A DNA stretch of 64,000 nt from Chrysomallon squamiferum. Its lineage: Eukaryota > Animalia > Mollusca. The notes below the pieces were generated by a model. That model was not told the origin of the DNA and did no database searches. It saw only the letters and a program-made list of their open reading frames with translations. The translations under genes and the position numbers were made by a program. The first letter of the stretch is position 1. Each line of letters starts with the position of its first letter. The DNA lies in assembly GCA_012295275.1 (NCBI GenBank), contig CM022673.1:10416001-10480000 (forward strand), written 5' to 3'. Positions 14,854 through 27,800 of this stretch are shown in pieces.

Positions 14854-17613
14854 TTGTAAAGTATAAGGTTTCTGTGTGTATCATATACAGAAATTATTAT
14901 ATACTGGACAAAAAAAAAAAGAGAAGGTCTTTATATTACACTACAAAAAATATGTTTTATGGGTCACGTCATGTTACATGAGTTCTGTAATTAACACTCA
15001 TTTAAAGTAATACCATAGCCTACTGTGAGTGCAACAATATACTTTTAATGAATAATAAAAAAATATATATATCCTAACTGTTGGAAGAACATATACTTAA
15101 AAAAAATTAATACAGATATATATATATATATATAATTCTAGAATTATTTTAGCAAAAAATATAAACAGTTAAATATTATGTGTGTGGGTGTGTTTGTTTT
15201 TTTAAGTCTCCAAACACTCACATAACATCATAACACAAATACTGTATATTGTTAAATTAACAAATCAATAAAAATAAACAAAAAAACATCATACTGTTAC
15301 TAAACAAATACTGAAACAGGTGGATCAGAATTGCAATTCATTTATTAAAAAAAAAAAAAAAAAAAAAATTTTTTTGTTAACAAATTTTATAAGGTCATGA
15401 ATTTCAAAACAAGACACTTGGTAAACAAATAAAGAGTAAAACTGGGTTTAAAATTAAGTTGGGAAAAGAGCACATTAATAAAATATATTAATTTACAACA
15501 CATTAGAGTGTGTGTCTGTGGAAAGAGGATAAAAAAAATATATATAAAAATTACCTATTCTGTGGCTAAATTTATTTTTAAAAATTAGATATATACACTA
15601 AAAGAAAATATTCATCTATTAAGAGCAACATGAGTTTTTTAAACTATGAAAATAAAAACCTGACAGACACAAAAACCAACCAGCTAGTCATACTTCAACA
15701 GACACAGTCTAACAAAAGACACTTCAACTAAAGACATTTCTGACTGAGTAAATATAATTTACACTGTTGAAAAAGTACTTGTAGATGAAGGTAACATGAC
15801 ATTTGCAAAAATCATTTTACTTAATTTCTTGAAATTAATAAATGCTTTTTTAATAATTAAACACATTCCGACAAAGAAAACATACTTTACTTGAATGATC
15901 AAAAAAAAATGAAAATGAAGGTAATAGGGTATTTTAATCAATTTCTTAGAAGGAATAAATGTTTAATGACATCTCAATACATTTTTATACATTATTATTA
16001 TTATTATTGTTTTGCTGTTGTATAATGTATTGTGTTTTTTAGAATTATTTTTTTTTTTTTGATAACATAACAGAAAAATTTTGAAGTTGCCTCAGCATTA
16101 GTTAGACCATCTTAACTTTTCTGTACATATATATTCCCTTAAACAGAAAAGGTCATAAATGTGACATTTAAAAAAAATAAATTGAGGTCAGCGGTTTGAA
16201 ATAGGAAAAAGTCAAAACTGAAAATGCTGTTCATTACATCTGTTTTGATCAACAAATTATTAATTTCAGAAAATAAATTAAATTTTTTGTTTATTTCCCA
16301 AGGTTTGGTAATATAATGACCAGAAGTGTTTGTATTTATTTATTTATTTTGTTTTACATTTTTTTTTTTTTAATATTTCTGAATTAAAATATAAATTAAC
16401 ATAATAATGTTGATGTATAATTAACTGTTTCTTCAAATTTAATTAATTTACAGGGTCCTAATGTAAAGTAAAGATAAAACAAACTGAAACAATATAAAGT
16501 TACAATAAACAGTGCATTATGAATATTTTAACTGATAATGTTAAGTCATGCACTTCCAATATCCTGGTGCTATTTTAAAAGGAATAATAATGTGTATCGT
16601 GATGTTCTGCGACTTTGCTTGACCTTGATTTTAATCACTCCATTTATTTAGAATGACTTGCTATAATATAATAATTAAAGAACCAATCATTTCTGGGAAA
16701 GAAACAATGTATTGTGAACTTTAATTTTAATATAATATTTTATTATTATTATTATTGTTATTTCATATATTTTAAATAACCAAAATACTTGAGATATTTT
16801 TTTAACAGTTTACTACAATTAAATTTGACTTTAATATATTATTAATTTTTTGAAATAAGTAACTTTTTGTTATGATATGCATTTTATCAATATTAAAATT
16901 GATAAAATATTTTGAAATTTGATCAGATATTTTATTATTTGCATCTGGACATTAAAGAAACAATCTATTATTAACACACACACACTTCATTCATTTAAAT
17001 ATATATAGAAAAACTGATCAAAAAAAAAAAAAAAAATTTCAAATGAAACCTCAGTTTTAACTGCTTGTATTTCATGTTAAAATTATATTCTTGCTGTATA
17101 TTAAAACCCACATTTTATCTGTGGTGGTAACACGCATTATTTGATAAGAATTACTGGTGACTTACCTGGCTTTTACAAAGTTTTAGTTTTAACACTGACT
17201 AACGCGTCACGGTTTATTTATTAACAAATAACGTTTTCACAATAAAATGTATTTCTTTTCCAAATATTTATGAATAATTTTTCTATGCTGAAAATAATAA
17301 AAACGTTAACAACGACGACAACATAGACAGCTAATACAGTGGCGATGTTATAAAGAATAAGTCAACTGCCTTAGATCTCAGGTAACAAGGTAAGCACAAA
17401 ATGTCAATGGTAAAAAGCACCGACACCTATGTTACGTATGTACTTTATTTTCTGTTTCCTTAAATGAAAAACAAAAGTATTTAAAACAAATATTATTATT
17501 TATAAATCCAAATGTAGGTAAATCATACCTATATCTCCACTCGAATGAGTTATAACAACAAACAGAATTGTAAAACAACTGATGCAAAACACATCCAATC
17601 GCTTGCTCGCCAT
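1730..17613 (-). CDS. PLXDC2: Plexin domain-containing protein (PLXDC1/2, TEM7-like), 5' part; 5 coding exons, gene continues past the left edge
   Basis: Exons 17613-17529, 14208-13919, 11572-11456, 6038-5969 and 1852-1730 join in frame via GT-AG (685 nt). Translation: signal peptide, RYRR site, Thr-rich stalk, then SNHAYYES...LSENHRTAV-TIPLSFKFRFYGHNITKVTVATG-GFLY...LTATQYIAPLMANFD, matching the PLXDC NIDO-like region (human ...LSFDFPFYGH...VATGGFIY...LTATQYIAPLMANFD). Likely pro-orthologue of both vertebrate paralogues. Confidence 0.92.
3943..4035. repeat. 38-bp tandem repeat (~2.5 copies) containing GTCACATGAC
   Basis: aagatgtatgtcacatgacctgact.ttaact; motif at 3971 and 4009. Confidence 0.85.
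4177..5061. mobile_element. MITE / non-autonomous DNA transposon with ~120-bp terminal inverted repeats, in PLXDC intron 4
   Basis: gctcaattactaaaaatcaggtcagatgtcatgcatctctttcacct...(4177-4296) is the reverse complement of ...aggtgaaagagatgcatgacatctgacctgattttgagtaattgagc (4944-5061); non-coding interior. Confidence 0.85.
5969..6038 (-). CDS. PLXDC2: PLXDC exon 4 (TIPLSFKFRFYGHNITKVTVATG)
   Basis: tttcag/gtaagt, 70 nt, phase 0->1; LSF.F.FYGH motif. Confidence 0.92.
8080..8260 (-). mobile_element. Degenerate tRNA-headed SINE fragment
   Basis: ctggaatgaaatagcccaatgg...ggattgatcc resembles 18784-18834 and the reverse complement of 56560-56610; family recognised from memory, not searched. Confidence 0.5.
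8754..8843. repeat. ~90-bp dispersed direct repeat, partner at 10401-10490
   Basis: atgttcact.gcaatttg..aaaca.tcttcattcagaatctaagat..acatg.agataatggttttt in both places. Confidence 0.85.
11456..11572 (-). CDS. PLXDC2: PLXDC exon 3 (SNHAYYESIIIPESVSEHWQDLAKAKRHKTLSENHRTAV)
   Basis: ttttag/gtaagt, 117 nt, phase 0->0; resembles the PLXDC HNYY..W..H..LS.THR motif. Confidence 0.9.
13919..14208 (-). CDS. PLXDC2: PLXDC exon 2 (RYRR site plus Thr-rich mucin-like stalk)
   Basis: tttcag acceptor, gtaagt donor, phase 1->0; overlaps ORF 13832..14176. Confidence 0.88.
17529..17613 (-). CDS. PLXDC2: PLXDC exon 1 (signal peptide MASKRLDVFCISCFTILFVVITHSSGDI)
   Basis: caaacATGGCG start context, hydrophobic N-terminus, G|gtatga donor in phase 1 matching exon 2. 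Confidence 0.85.
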
Positions 17614-17700
17614 GTTTGTGATCGTTTGTTGTTATTTCTTCCACAGAATATGCGCACCAGCCTAGTAACTAGAGTCGATCGTTTTTACTAAAATAATTCA
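17614..17700 (-). promoter_or_regulatory. Probable PLXDC 5'UTR/core promoter
   Basis: Immediately upstream of the ATG, CpG-retaining sequence, AACATGGCG (YY1-like) at the start, TGCGCA at ~17651; TSS cannot be placed. Confidence 0.4.
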
Positions 17701-18270
17701 AAATATAGCTTTCTCTTGGTTAATGTGCATTTAGGAGAGAGACAGAATAGAAAACGTCAAATATGTTAATATAATTATATAAGTAAAATGTACAATATGC
17801 TAAATCTTATTTATTAGAAACAAAGGTAGCAATGTTTCTTTTAAACTAAAATCTAGCACAGCAATTCATCTTAATTATTGGGTCAAGATCATTCTAGATT
17901 ATCATCATCAAAATCGAAAGCGATAACTTACGTTTCGAACTAGCCTGAAAAGCAAATAAACCTTTTATACACAATAACCTACAAATGTATGGATGAAAAT
18001 AAATATGTCAGTTAATTTTTAGTTTTCAATTATAAAAATAATTTTTGCTTTCCGGTAATGAAATCTTTCGTTATTTCTTTAACTGGAGTATTCGTATTGA
18101 TAAGCATCAAGGTATATTTTTAAGGCATCTTTGAAAAGGAAAAAATCTGCTTTCAAATGCTGAACTGAAAATAAATAATTACAACTCAAGACAATGGAGT
18201 TATTTTTCTTTTAATTAAACATATTTCACATGTTCTGAGAGAACGATTATCGTTTTTCAAAATTTGTTTG

Positions 18271-18356
<86 letters not shown>

Positions 18357-18689
18357 TGAGGGCTGTGGGTTATATAAAAATGATAGGTTTGCCATATTTG
18401 AGTTCTACAAATAAAATCAAGAAATTCGCTACATTGTTTTCTTAACATGGTGTTAAGTACAACTTGATATTTTATATTCCACTTTCTCATTTTATGATTG
18501 GGAAAAAACAAGGCGCACCGCCAGAGTTTTAGACAAATCAGTCGTTCATTTCAGTGAACTTCATTATATGACGTAAAAGACCACCTTGCTGCTAATCAGT
18601 AAAAACAGGGCGTGATTTTTTTTATTTTTTTTATTATTATTTTTTTTTTTTTTTTCTCATGAATCGTCAATAAACAAAACCCATGACAA

Positions 18690-18900
18690 AATCAGAGCTA
18701 CTTCATTAGTTAGCAACAACTAATTAAGGCACGTTTTATATAAACCTTTATTGAGGCATTTGACATATCGGTTTTTTTAGGCACTGGCTCGAACGGGATA
18801 CTTGTCAAATGGGCGTTCCGAACAAGATTGATCCTCTAGTTGTACTGCCTGGCTGACCTCCAGCCCGTTCAAGTATCGGCAGACGTTTACTTATTGGATC
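18690..18900 (-). mobile_element. Degenerate SINE fragment (same family)
   Basis: gcactggctcgaacggga...aatggg...gattgatcc blocks shared with 8080-8260. Confidence 0.45.
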
Positions 18901-19649
18901 GATTTTTTTCTCTGTACGATTGCAAAAACGTATTATGACGTTTACATCCCTAGGGAGATTTTTCCACGGGAACCCTGGATAGACTGGTAATTTGTTAATA
19001 ATTTACAGAACACTGCTCAAGTAATTCGCTTTTAATCCACTTGTCTAATGGTTACACCTCTCGGCCACTGTCATGTAATATTATAGTTGTAAATGTGTAG
19101 AAATTTATTGTAAATGGAGGTAACAAGTTTTTGTGCACAACAACAGAACTGTACTCTGCCATAAAACGAAATTGTTTGTAAGCTGCACCCACCAGTGATA
19201 CAGTGCGCAGACTATACAGGATGACGCAATAAATTTAACTGAGTCTTAAAAAGTTAATTTCTTTTTACAATTTAGACATTGTGAGATGAATTTAAACGCG
19301 GGATGTATTCATATGAAACGTCTTCTTTAGTATGGTTCTACAGCAACAATATAATAAATGGCAGCCTTTATGTTAGAAACTATTGACTAGGGGAAAACGA
19401 CATAGCTAAAAATAATAATAATAAATATATAAAGTAAATAAAAATAATAATTATAATAAATAAAAACAGAAACAAAAACAAAAATTATTTAAAATAAAGA
19501 GCTATAATATATAAAACAAACCATTCTTTGTAATACATTTTTTAATTTTTTTTATTAATTTTTTTTATTACTTGTATCCTCGAAAGCAGATTAAGGGATA
19601 TAAGAACTTACCAATATCTTTTTTCTTTCTAATAAAAGCGTCTTTTTTG

Positions 19650-19683
<34 letters not shown>

Positions 19684-20264
19684 TTTTTTTGAAAAACTAT
19701 ATCCGCTTCCCAATTGCATTTCTAAGACTAAAAGCAGATGAAACGAATTCAGTTTAAACTCGTTAGATCTAAAACTAATTTCGAGTGAAAGACGCACTAA
19801 TCTAACTGTTTATTCGGAATTTATTGAGCTTGCTTGAAAAATTTCCTTATCCTCATTATAATTTATTTATAGAACTGAAACTTCAGGCAAATTAAAATTT
19901 TGAAATGCAAAATTAAAGGTTTTGTATACGATCAATATTCCCCGAGTCTTGTTTTATTTTTTTTTTTTTTTTTTATTTTAATTTTTATTTTATTATTTTT
20001 TTTTTTATTGTTATTATTCAATTCGTCGATAATAATTATTAAAGAATTCCATGGAGAATGATGCCTGAGTGCACCAAAGAAATAACGTTATTTTAAAATG
20101 CATTTTAATGAATACTCATGGAAAAGCATATGGCGGAAATTCATTAAAGTCACGTCTTTTTTCAAATGTCATCATGAAATTATACGTTATATGAACATTG
20201 TCATGCATGAATCTATGATGTTATTTTATTTTTTATTTATTTTTATTTATTTATTATTTACTAT

Positions 20265-20278
20265 TATTATTTATTAAC

Positions 20279-20330
<52 letters not shown>
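20265..20330. repeat. (TTA)n microsatellite
   Basis: Direct inspection. Confidence 0.9.
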
Positions 20331-21974
20331 TGCTATTGTTATACATTAAACGAATGTGGCAATTTATCTTTTGAAATAATGGATTACATACGATGAATTA
20401 ATATCCATCACAACACAGAGCAGCTATACATTTTTCTTTGTGTGTGTGTTTATCTGCTGTCAGTCTTTCGTCGGTATTTCTTCTCCGAAGAAAACAACAT
20501 TTTGACGTCTCTGTCTCTTTTCCATAACCAGACCCACTTAGATGTATGTATACATTCCCGATTTCTGTCATGTTCGTGTAATGTATAATCAATATACATG
20601 AAGTTATTTGCTAGACTTATAATTTAAAAATATAAATGAATATCTAAGTATACAAACAAACAAACAAATAAATAAATATGATAAAATATTTTAATGGCGG
20701 TAATGACATTGTGGTATAAATATATACATTACAAAATTCAGAACTTTCAGATTAACTGATATAAAAAAACAACAACAAAAACCCCACAAAAACAAAAAAA
20801 AAAACCCCAAAATTGTTAATCTTATTTTAGACTTATTCTTCTTGCACGTGTTTCATAATGATTTCACCTGCATCATCATCCAACCTCACACACACACACA
20901 CACACACGTGATAATTTATTGAGTAATTTGTTTAATCTTGGAAGGTGCTAATTCAAGATATGCTCGAGTCAGACAGTCTCTCTGTACACACATCTTCCAA
21001 AAATACTCCTATAATTAATGTTCTTGATTTTCGCCTATATTCAGCACATCATATCTATTTTATATTAGTGCATACAGCATGCATACCTTTATTTATTATA
21101 AATAATAAATCACCTATACATTTCAAATGCAGCGACAAAAACCAAAGCATTTTCGTATATTTATTAAGTCCTATCACTTTATTCCTCGACATACATTTTA
21201 TAACGTTGACGGTAAAGATTTTGACACTGATGACGGTGAGTTTATGACGTGATTTTTGATAGCATCGACAGTGACAATTTATTCATTGCTTCGAATTTTG
21301 ATAACGTTGATGCTAACAGAAAGAAATAGAAAAAGATAAAAAAAAAAAAATAAAAAAATAAAATAAAATAAAATGAAAAAATTCATGGGTGGAGTGTTTG
21401 CTGCATGAATCTATGTATGTCATCATCATCATCATCATCATGATTATTATTATTACTACTACTACTAATGCTAATGCTACTTAAATTAAAAAATCACCAG
21501 ATAAAAAAATTAGCAAAAAATAAAAGCAGAAAAAATTACCCATTGAATTTTTCTTTCGCTTGAAATGAAACTAAACGAAGTAAGGTTTAATCATTTTAAA
21601 AAAAGAAGAAGAAAAAAAAGGAAAAACGGTCTAGACAGGTCTAAGAATAAATTAAATATCTTCCGCGCGAATTGTAAAGATTATTTTGTGTCATTTGTCA
21701 TCCCTGCTCCTATCTTTTACAAACAGCCTGCCTCTGTTTTCAACAGATCGATACGTTCGATAAATCAGAGGCTAAAATATTACAAAGATGTCACAGAATC
21801 TTTCAAAATATCAAACAACGACGATTTTTCAGAGAAAATTAAATGCCTAGAGGAATTCGACCGAGGAGGTTCGGAAATTAATGGTTTCTACAGGTCTGTT
21901 TATTTAAGATAATAAATAAATAAATAAATAAATAGTGATAAAATAACAAAATTGCAAATTAAAGAAACAAAACG

Positions 21975-22007
<33 letters not shown>

Positions 22008-23998
22008 TAAAACGATAATAATAATAATAATAATAATTAAACAGCTACACAAATGAAACAAGTAAAAACCTTCTCATCATTGAACATAAAATAGATCTGT
22101 TGTGATTATTTCTCGTCATGAAACTGTGTGAATTAATGTAAATTATTAATGAAATGGCGTTCCGTTGTCTGTTATTTATTGTAACTATAATTACATATAT
22201 ATGGTTAGAAGGATAGATAGATAGGTAATATAAGCTATCTCCTGCTAAAACGGAAATGTGGATTCTCTAGCCATCATCCGTGATCATTTTACCATGTTTT
22301 GTACCTTTTATTATTTTCAATTCGCGATTTCGAGTTTCTTATTTCTCGATTATTGTGTAGTAATGAGACGATTTGTATTACTATTATCATCATCATTTAA
22401 ATTTTTAAAGTGAATAAAATGTACATTTACTTATTTATATCCTTTTTAAAACAGCTTTTCATAACGTAAAAAACAAAAAAACGAAAAGTATTTGCTTAAT
22501 ATTATTTATTTATTTATTATTTAAATCATACTTCTTTCGTAACTTCTTGTTATTAACATTACTTGAATTGCTATTATTTTGCTAGTGCTGTGACAATACT
22601 TAATAGCTCGCAGTCATTATTAAAATTATTAATTATCTGCTTCACTTGGTGACAAATTATCGTTCACGCCATTTCAAAATCATGAAATATTGTACCACAT
22701 TGCTTAAAGCCATCTGTAATTTAATTTCCATAAACATTCGCGCTTAATTTTCTTCCTTAGGCTATAATAAACACTACTTTTTTTCTCTTTTTTTTTTTTT
22801 TTTTTTACTTTTCTTGCTTCTTCATTATTTCATATTATTATTATTGCTGTTGTAGTTATTATTAGATGACTGTAATTGTTGTTGTTCTTGCTATTGTTAT
22901 TAATATTTATTTATTATTTTCTTAATGATGTTTAATGTTTGTGATATGAAATGTATGCTTTATTTGTTTCTATGATGTCTTCATTAATTTGGATGTGTGA
23001 GTTTTGTTTAAGGAAATATTTATATGTCTAAGGTTATAGATGCATTGACGTTTATGTAACTGAGTATGTATGTGTTTTATATGCGAATTTGAGTCGCACA
23101 GTTCAACAAATGTGTATGCAAAAACCTTCAAAATGAGAGTTAAACAAAATGCGCATCAAAAACATTGTGTTTCTGATTTATCCACTGACGGATGGAAACT
23201 TTATTACCAAAAGCTCAAATAATTCGCACCGAAACAAATCTAATGCGCGAGTAAGGATTATTGGGTTACCAGACAAAAACCCTCCTTTTTCGTTCTGCAA
23301 CTCTTTTTGACTTAATAAAGAAGATGTACTTGTGAATTATTGAACGAAAAATCCATAACGATCTGACTACGGCACAGTCGCGTTAAATTTAAACAGTCGC
23401 CCAAGTCCATTGACACACTGCATTAGATTTGCTGACATAATAACAACAGGACGCGGTTAACAACGCAACTGGTCAATACCTTGTTTTCACCATCATTCCA
23501 CATTTCCATTCCCAATTAGCTATTCTGTTCAAAAATATCGACAAAATATTTTTCACATGGCTAATGGCGACGACTCTAACAGGCCCTGGCTTTGGATCGG
23601 GACTTTTTATCCCCTGCATCAGGCAATAAGCGAGTCGCCAGTACGAACGGTTTACGACGTGGCGAGGTTATAAATGTTTATCCGCGCGCTTTATGAGGTT
23701 ATGCGCGGCACGTATGTCAGTCTGACGCGAAACGCAGGTCAAGCAGACGGCATTTTCAACTTTTTGCAGACAACGTTTTGACACTTCTCCAGATGTCCTT
23801 TTTTTTTTTTTAAATTTACTTTTTGCTTATAAATATTTTCGTTTTGTTTTATAAATTAATAATTTATGATGATGATAATTTCTTCTTGTAACAAAATAAA
23901 TAAAGAAAAATTAACAACAAAGAAATAAACTAATGTTTAAGGTAGTTATAAAATAAAATAAAAATATTAAATAATTAAAGAATGTGTGTATGTGTGTA

Positions 23999-23999
23999 T

Positions 24000-24080
<81 letters not shown>
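23999..24080. repeat. Compound (CA)n(TA)n microsatellite
   Basis: Direct inspection. Confidence 0.95.
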
Positions 24081-24081
<1 letters not shown>

Positions 24082-24511
24082 ATACGTAAGAATCCAATTT
24101 CCACGTGGTTATGGAAAGATATCTATATTTCATTTACAGCGTAATTCATATAACAACAACAACAAAAATATAGGAGAGATCAAATCCCAGTATTTTAATC
24201 TACCATAGAACGTTCAGCTTCATACGCCAGAAATCAGTTTCTAGATTGACAGGGCTTTATAATTACTGAGGTCTAATCTATTATTGATGACTGGTTGTTA
24301 TTTACCATTAACTGCAATTGTTACCTGTGTCATCATTGGCCAAGTTCGTAATTTTCTTCAGACATCAATTTTTCTTCTGAATATACATGACACATGTATG
24401 ACAAATTAGAGGATGTAAATTGTATTTATGAATCTACTGTCTACGTTGTTCATACAGAACTGTTGCTAAAATAATACTAATAAATAAATAAATAACTATG
24501 AATAGGTAACG

Positions 24512-24555
<44 letters not shown>

Positions 24556-24819
24556 CTGCTATCACCATACTTTTCCATTCAAATAATTTTATAACCGAAG
24601 ATGATGATGTAGATGCTATTGCGTCTTTTAGATCCACCCTTGAAATATATCTGAATATTTCCTACATTATCTAAATCCTAACAGAGCATGTAGGACTTGT
24701 TAGTACTGAATTAGCTTAGTAGTTAATTCCAGAAACGTATTCAACAATCAAAACTCGGAAATAAGTGATGTAGTGCGTTCTGTATTTTGTTCTCTCCAAT
24801 AATTAATCAATAGTCTCAA

Positions 24820-24860
<41 letters not shown>

Positions 24861-27800
24861 GCGAAATTCTATTCAGCACGACAAATCGCACTAAAGTGAA
24901 TTCATGTAGATTAGGCAGAATGATGGATATGAAAAAAAGCAAAAACATTTCGTTCGATCACACCAGTGGAATCTTCTTTTTACTTTGGACGAAACCATTT
25001 TGAACAAGAATGGGTAGCTTTGTATAGGAAGATCATATACGAAAGATCACACGTTGGAAACAGTCTCGTGGATGCGAATTTTTTGATGGATAACACTCGA
25101 CAAAGGTTTTTCTGAAAAAGACCGAATTTATTTTTAAGGACTTTGTAATTGATGCAGCTTTTTGGTTTGGATAATACCACCTTGTATGAGCGTTTTCTCT
25201 TTAAGAAATTGGTTTTTGTTGGTGGATACATTGAAGAAAATTTAATACAGGGTTGACGCTCTAATACTGGTGCTAATGCATAGCACGATATTATATTTTA
25301 GTAATGAATCCCATAGGAAGTTTGGAATAGTGCAAGTAATAACAAATTTAAAATAAATAAATAAATAAATAAATAAATAAAATGAATACATTTTTGACTG
25401 ATACGGAACATGGAAACAAATTATATTTCAAGTACAGCAACGTCATTCAAAGTTGCTTTTCATTTGTTGCATTTGTTTTGTTGTTTTTTTGTTGTTTTTT
25501 GTTGTTGTTTTTTTTACAGTTATACGTATATTCCAAATAAGTGTTATGTATTTACTGGTCGATAATTGCACTATATTTAAATAATAGTCAACTTGTCGAT
25601 AAATGTCCTCAGTTTACACATATTACACTCACAAAATATCGGTTGGCTCAACATTAAATATTTTGGTTTAGGCCTACCATACTTTATCACACACACACAC
25701 ACACACACATACACACTTCAGAATTATGTAATTAGAACAAAAAACATTTAAAAATCGCTAAAAAAAAAGAAAGAATCTTATACAAAATTATTTCAAATGT
25801 TGCCAAAAATAACGTTGAATTTGCTTTCAGTATGTCTTTGATTTTTTTTTTCTTCTTGTTATAATGAGGAACAGAGGATACATTTATTTTAACGTTATAC
25901 ATGTCCTTAAGCATTCCAGCAATATTTTAGTTTTTAAAAATCACGTTTGCAGCCCTCACCATCTCCCTAAACAAAATTAATGCCTGAAATGTTCATCGTC
26001 TGTGTACAAAACAAGGCACGTAACTCTAAACCATAAATAGTCACACAAATTCTTAAATACGACTTAAAAGGATTTTGTAAGTTTGGTGTTTGCATACATA
26101 TGGTATACTTAGATTTACAAGTTGCCTGGTTGTTACCAACTCAAACTACAACTTAAGAGGTATTCATTCACAGAATTTATAAAAACATACACAATCTTTC
26201 ATAAGAAAGACACGTTTCTCAGCCGCCAGTTTTAAGCCTGGCGGTAAACAAACTATTCAGTTTCTAAATGACAAACATTATATGGCAGCGTGAGACCATG
26301 CTCGTTTTTGACAAAACGATATGTTTATTTGACAACACAATAACTTTCTTTGTTAATAAACATTTTATAAAATGAAGTTTATTTGCTGAACGATTTGGTG
26401 TTATTCGATAGATATAAAATTAATATTGTATTTTAAGTACATTTAGCGTAGTAAAGGAAGATAAATGAATTTGAATGTTTATTGTAGAACAAAAATATTT
26501 AAAATAAACCTTGTTAAACCTGATATGAAAAAAACAACGAAATTAATGTTACAATTCTTTGCTTGTTAATTTTACTGAGAGATTTTTTACTTTAAAATAA
26601 TAATAATAATGTAAACTTAATTTAAATGGAAGAAAATGAAGGATTTGAAAAAGAAGTTGATCAGTTCTTTTTGATTTAGAGTAACAACTATTAAAATTAC
26701 AGTCAATGAACAAAGAACATGGGATTAAATTTAAATAATTTGCTGTAAATTTTCTTTTTGTAGTTAATAAAACTATTTTTTTTAAACAGCATTTTCACGG
26801 ATAAAAATATCTAAAAAATGTGTTTATTTAAAATTATTAATATTTTAGTTTCTGAATGCCAATAATGATGATGATGATAAAGAAGAAATTGTTGAAATTA
26901 CAGGAAAATGCTATAACAACATTAAATAATAGTAATAGTAATAATAAAAATTAAAAAAAAAGAGTAAAAGTTCTGATCAGTGGTCAGTTAAAAATGTTTT
27001 TACCAAAATTTTAAGTTTCTGGAGAATAATTTATAGGTTGAGTTAGTTATCAAGTCAAAAAAGAATGAATGTTTAACAACACCCAACATGAAAAAAAAAA
27101 AGACAGACATACTTTAATTTTATACATAAATATTTATTGAACAGTTTTAAGATATACTGATAAGAAAAATGTATAAATTTTTCCATATGCTTCTCATTTT
27201 TGTTTTTTGTGTATATTTTTTCGTACTTTTTTTATATATTTCATTATGGTATTCCATTTATATATATATTTTTGATAAATATTTCATTACATAATAACAT
27301 TTAAGATTCAAAAATTCTTACAATGATAAAAATTATTTGATTGAAAGCAGGAATTAAACACTGAAACCCTTAAAATTTTAAAATATTAAATATTTTAGAC
27401 AAAATATTTAATTAAAAGATATAAAATATCACAGTACTTCATAGATTTTATATAATATTGATAAAAACTAGCATTTTAGTTTCATACACATGCACTTAAG
27501 TATGTAAATATTTTAAATTAAATGACAAGCAAATAAATAAATAAATAGCAAAAAACAACAGGTTTGCATAGACAAATTTCATCAATTACATAAACAAATT
27601 AGGTTTCTAATTAACAAATAATCTAACTGATAATTTTAAACAAAAATGTCACATATATAGTTTTTTTTTTATGTACAGTATCAAATATATAATAGTACTT
27701 TTTTTTATAAAGTAATAAAAATAATTTATTATTAAAAAACTGATTATGACATTTGCCAAGAAATAATACTGTAACTATATTTATTATTTACTGTAAAAAA

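Noticed and set aside
21565-21912. 115-aa plus-strand ORF with a basic NLS-like run
   Set aside because: Lys/Arg run comes from A-rich sequence; no recognisable domain or partner exons
24920-25231. Complex CpG-containing stretch with 40-80 codon open frames on both strands
   Set aside because: No recognisable motif; possibly a transposon relic, needs BLASTX
26620-26920. Acidic coding-like fragments (MEENEGFEKEVDQFF; NDDDDKEEIVEITG)
   Set aside because: Short, interrupted by stops, no consistent exon chain
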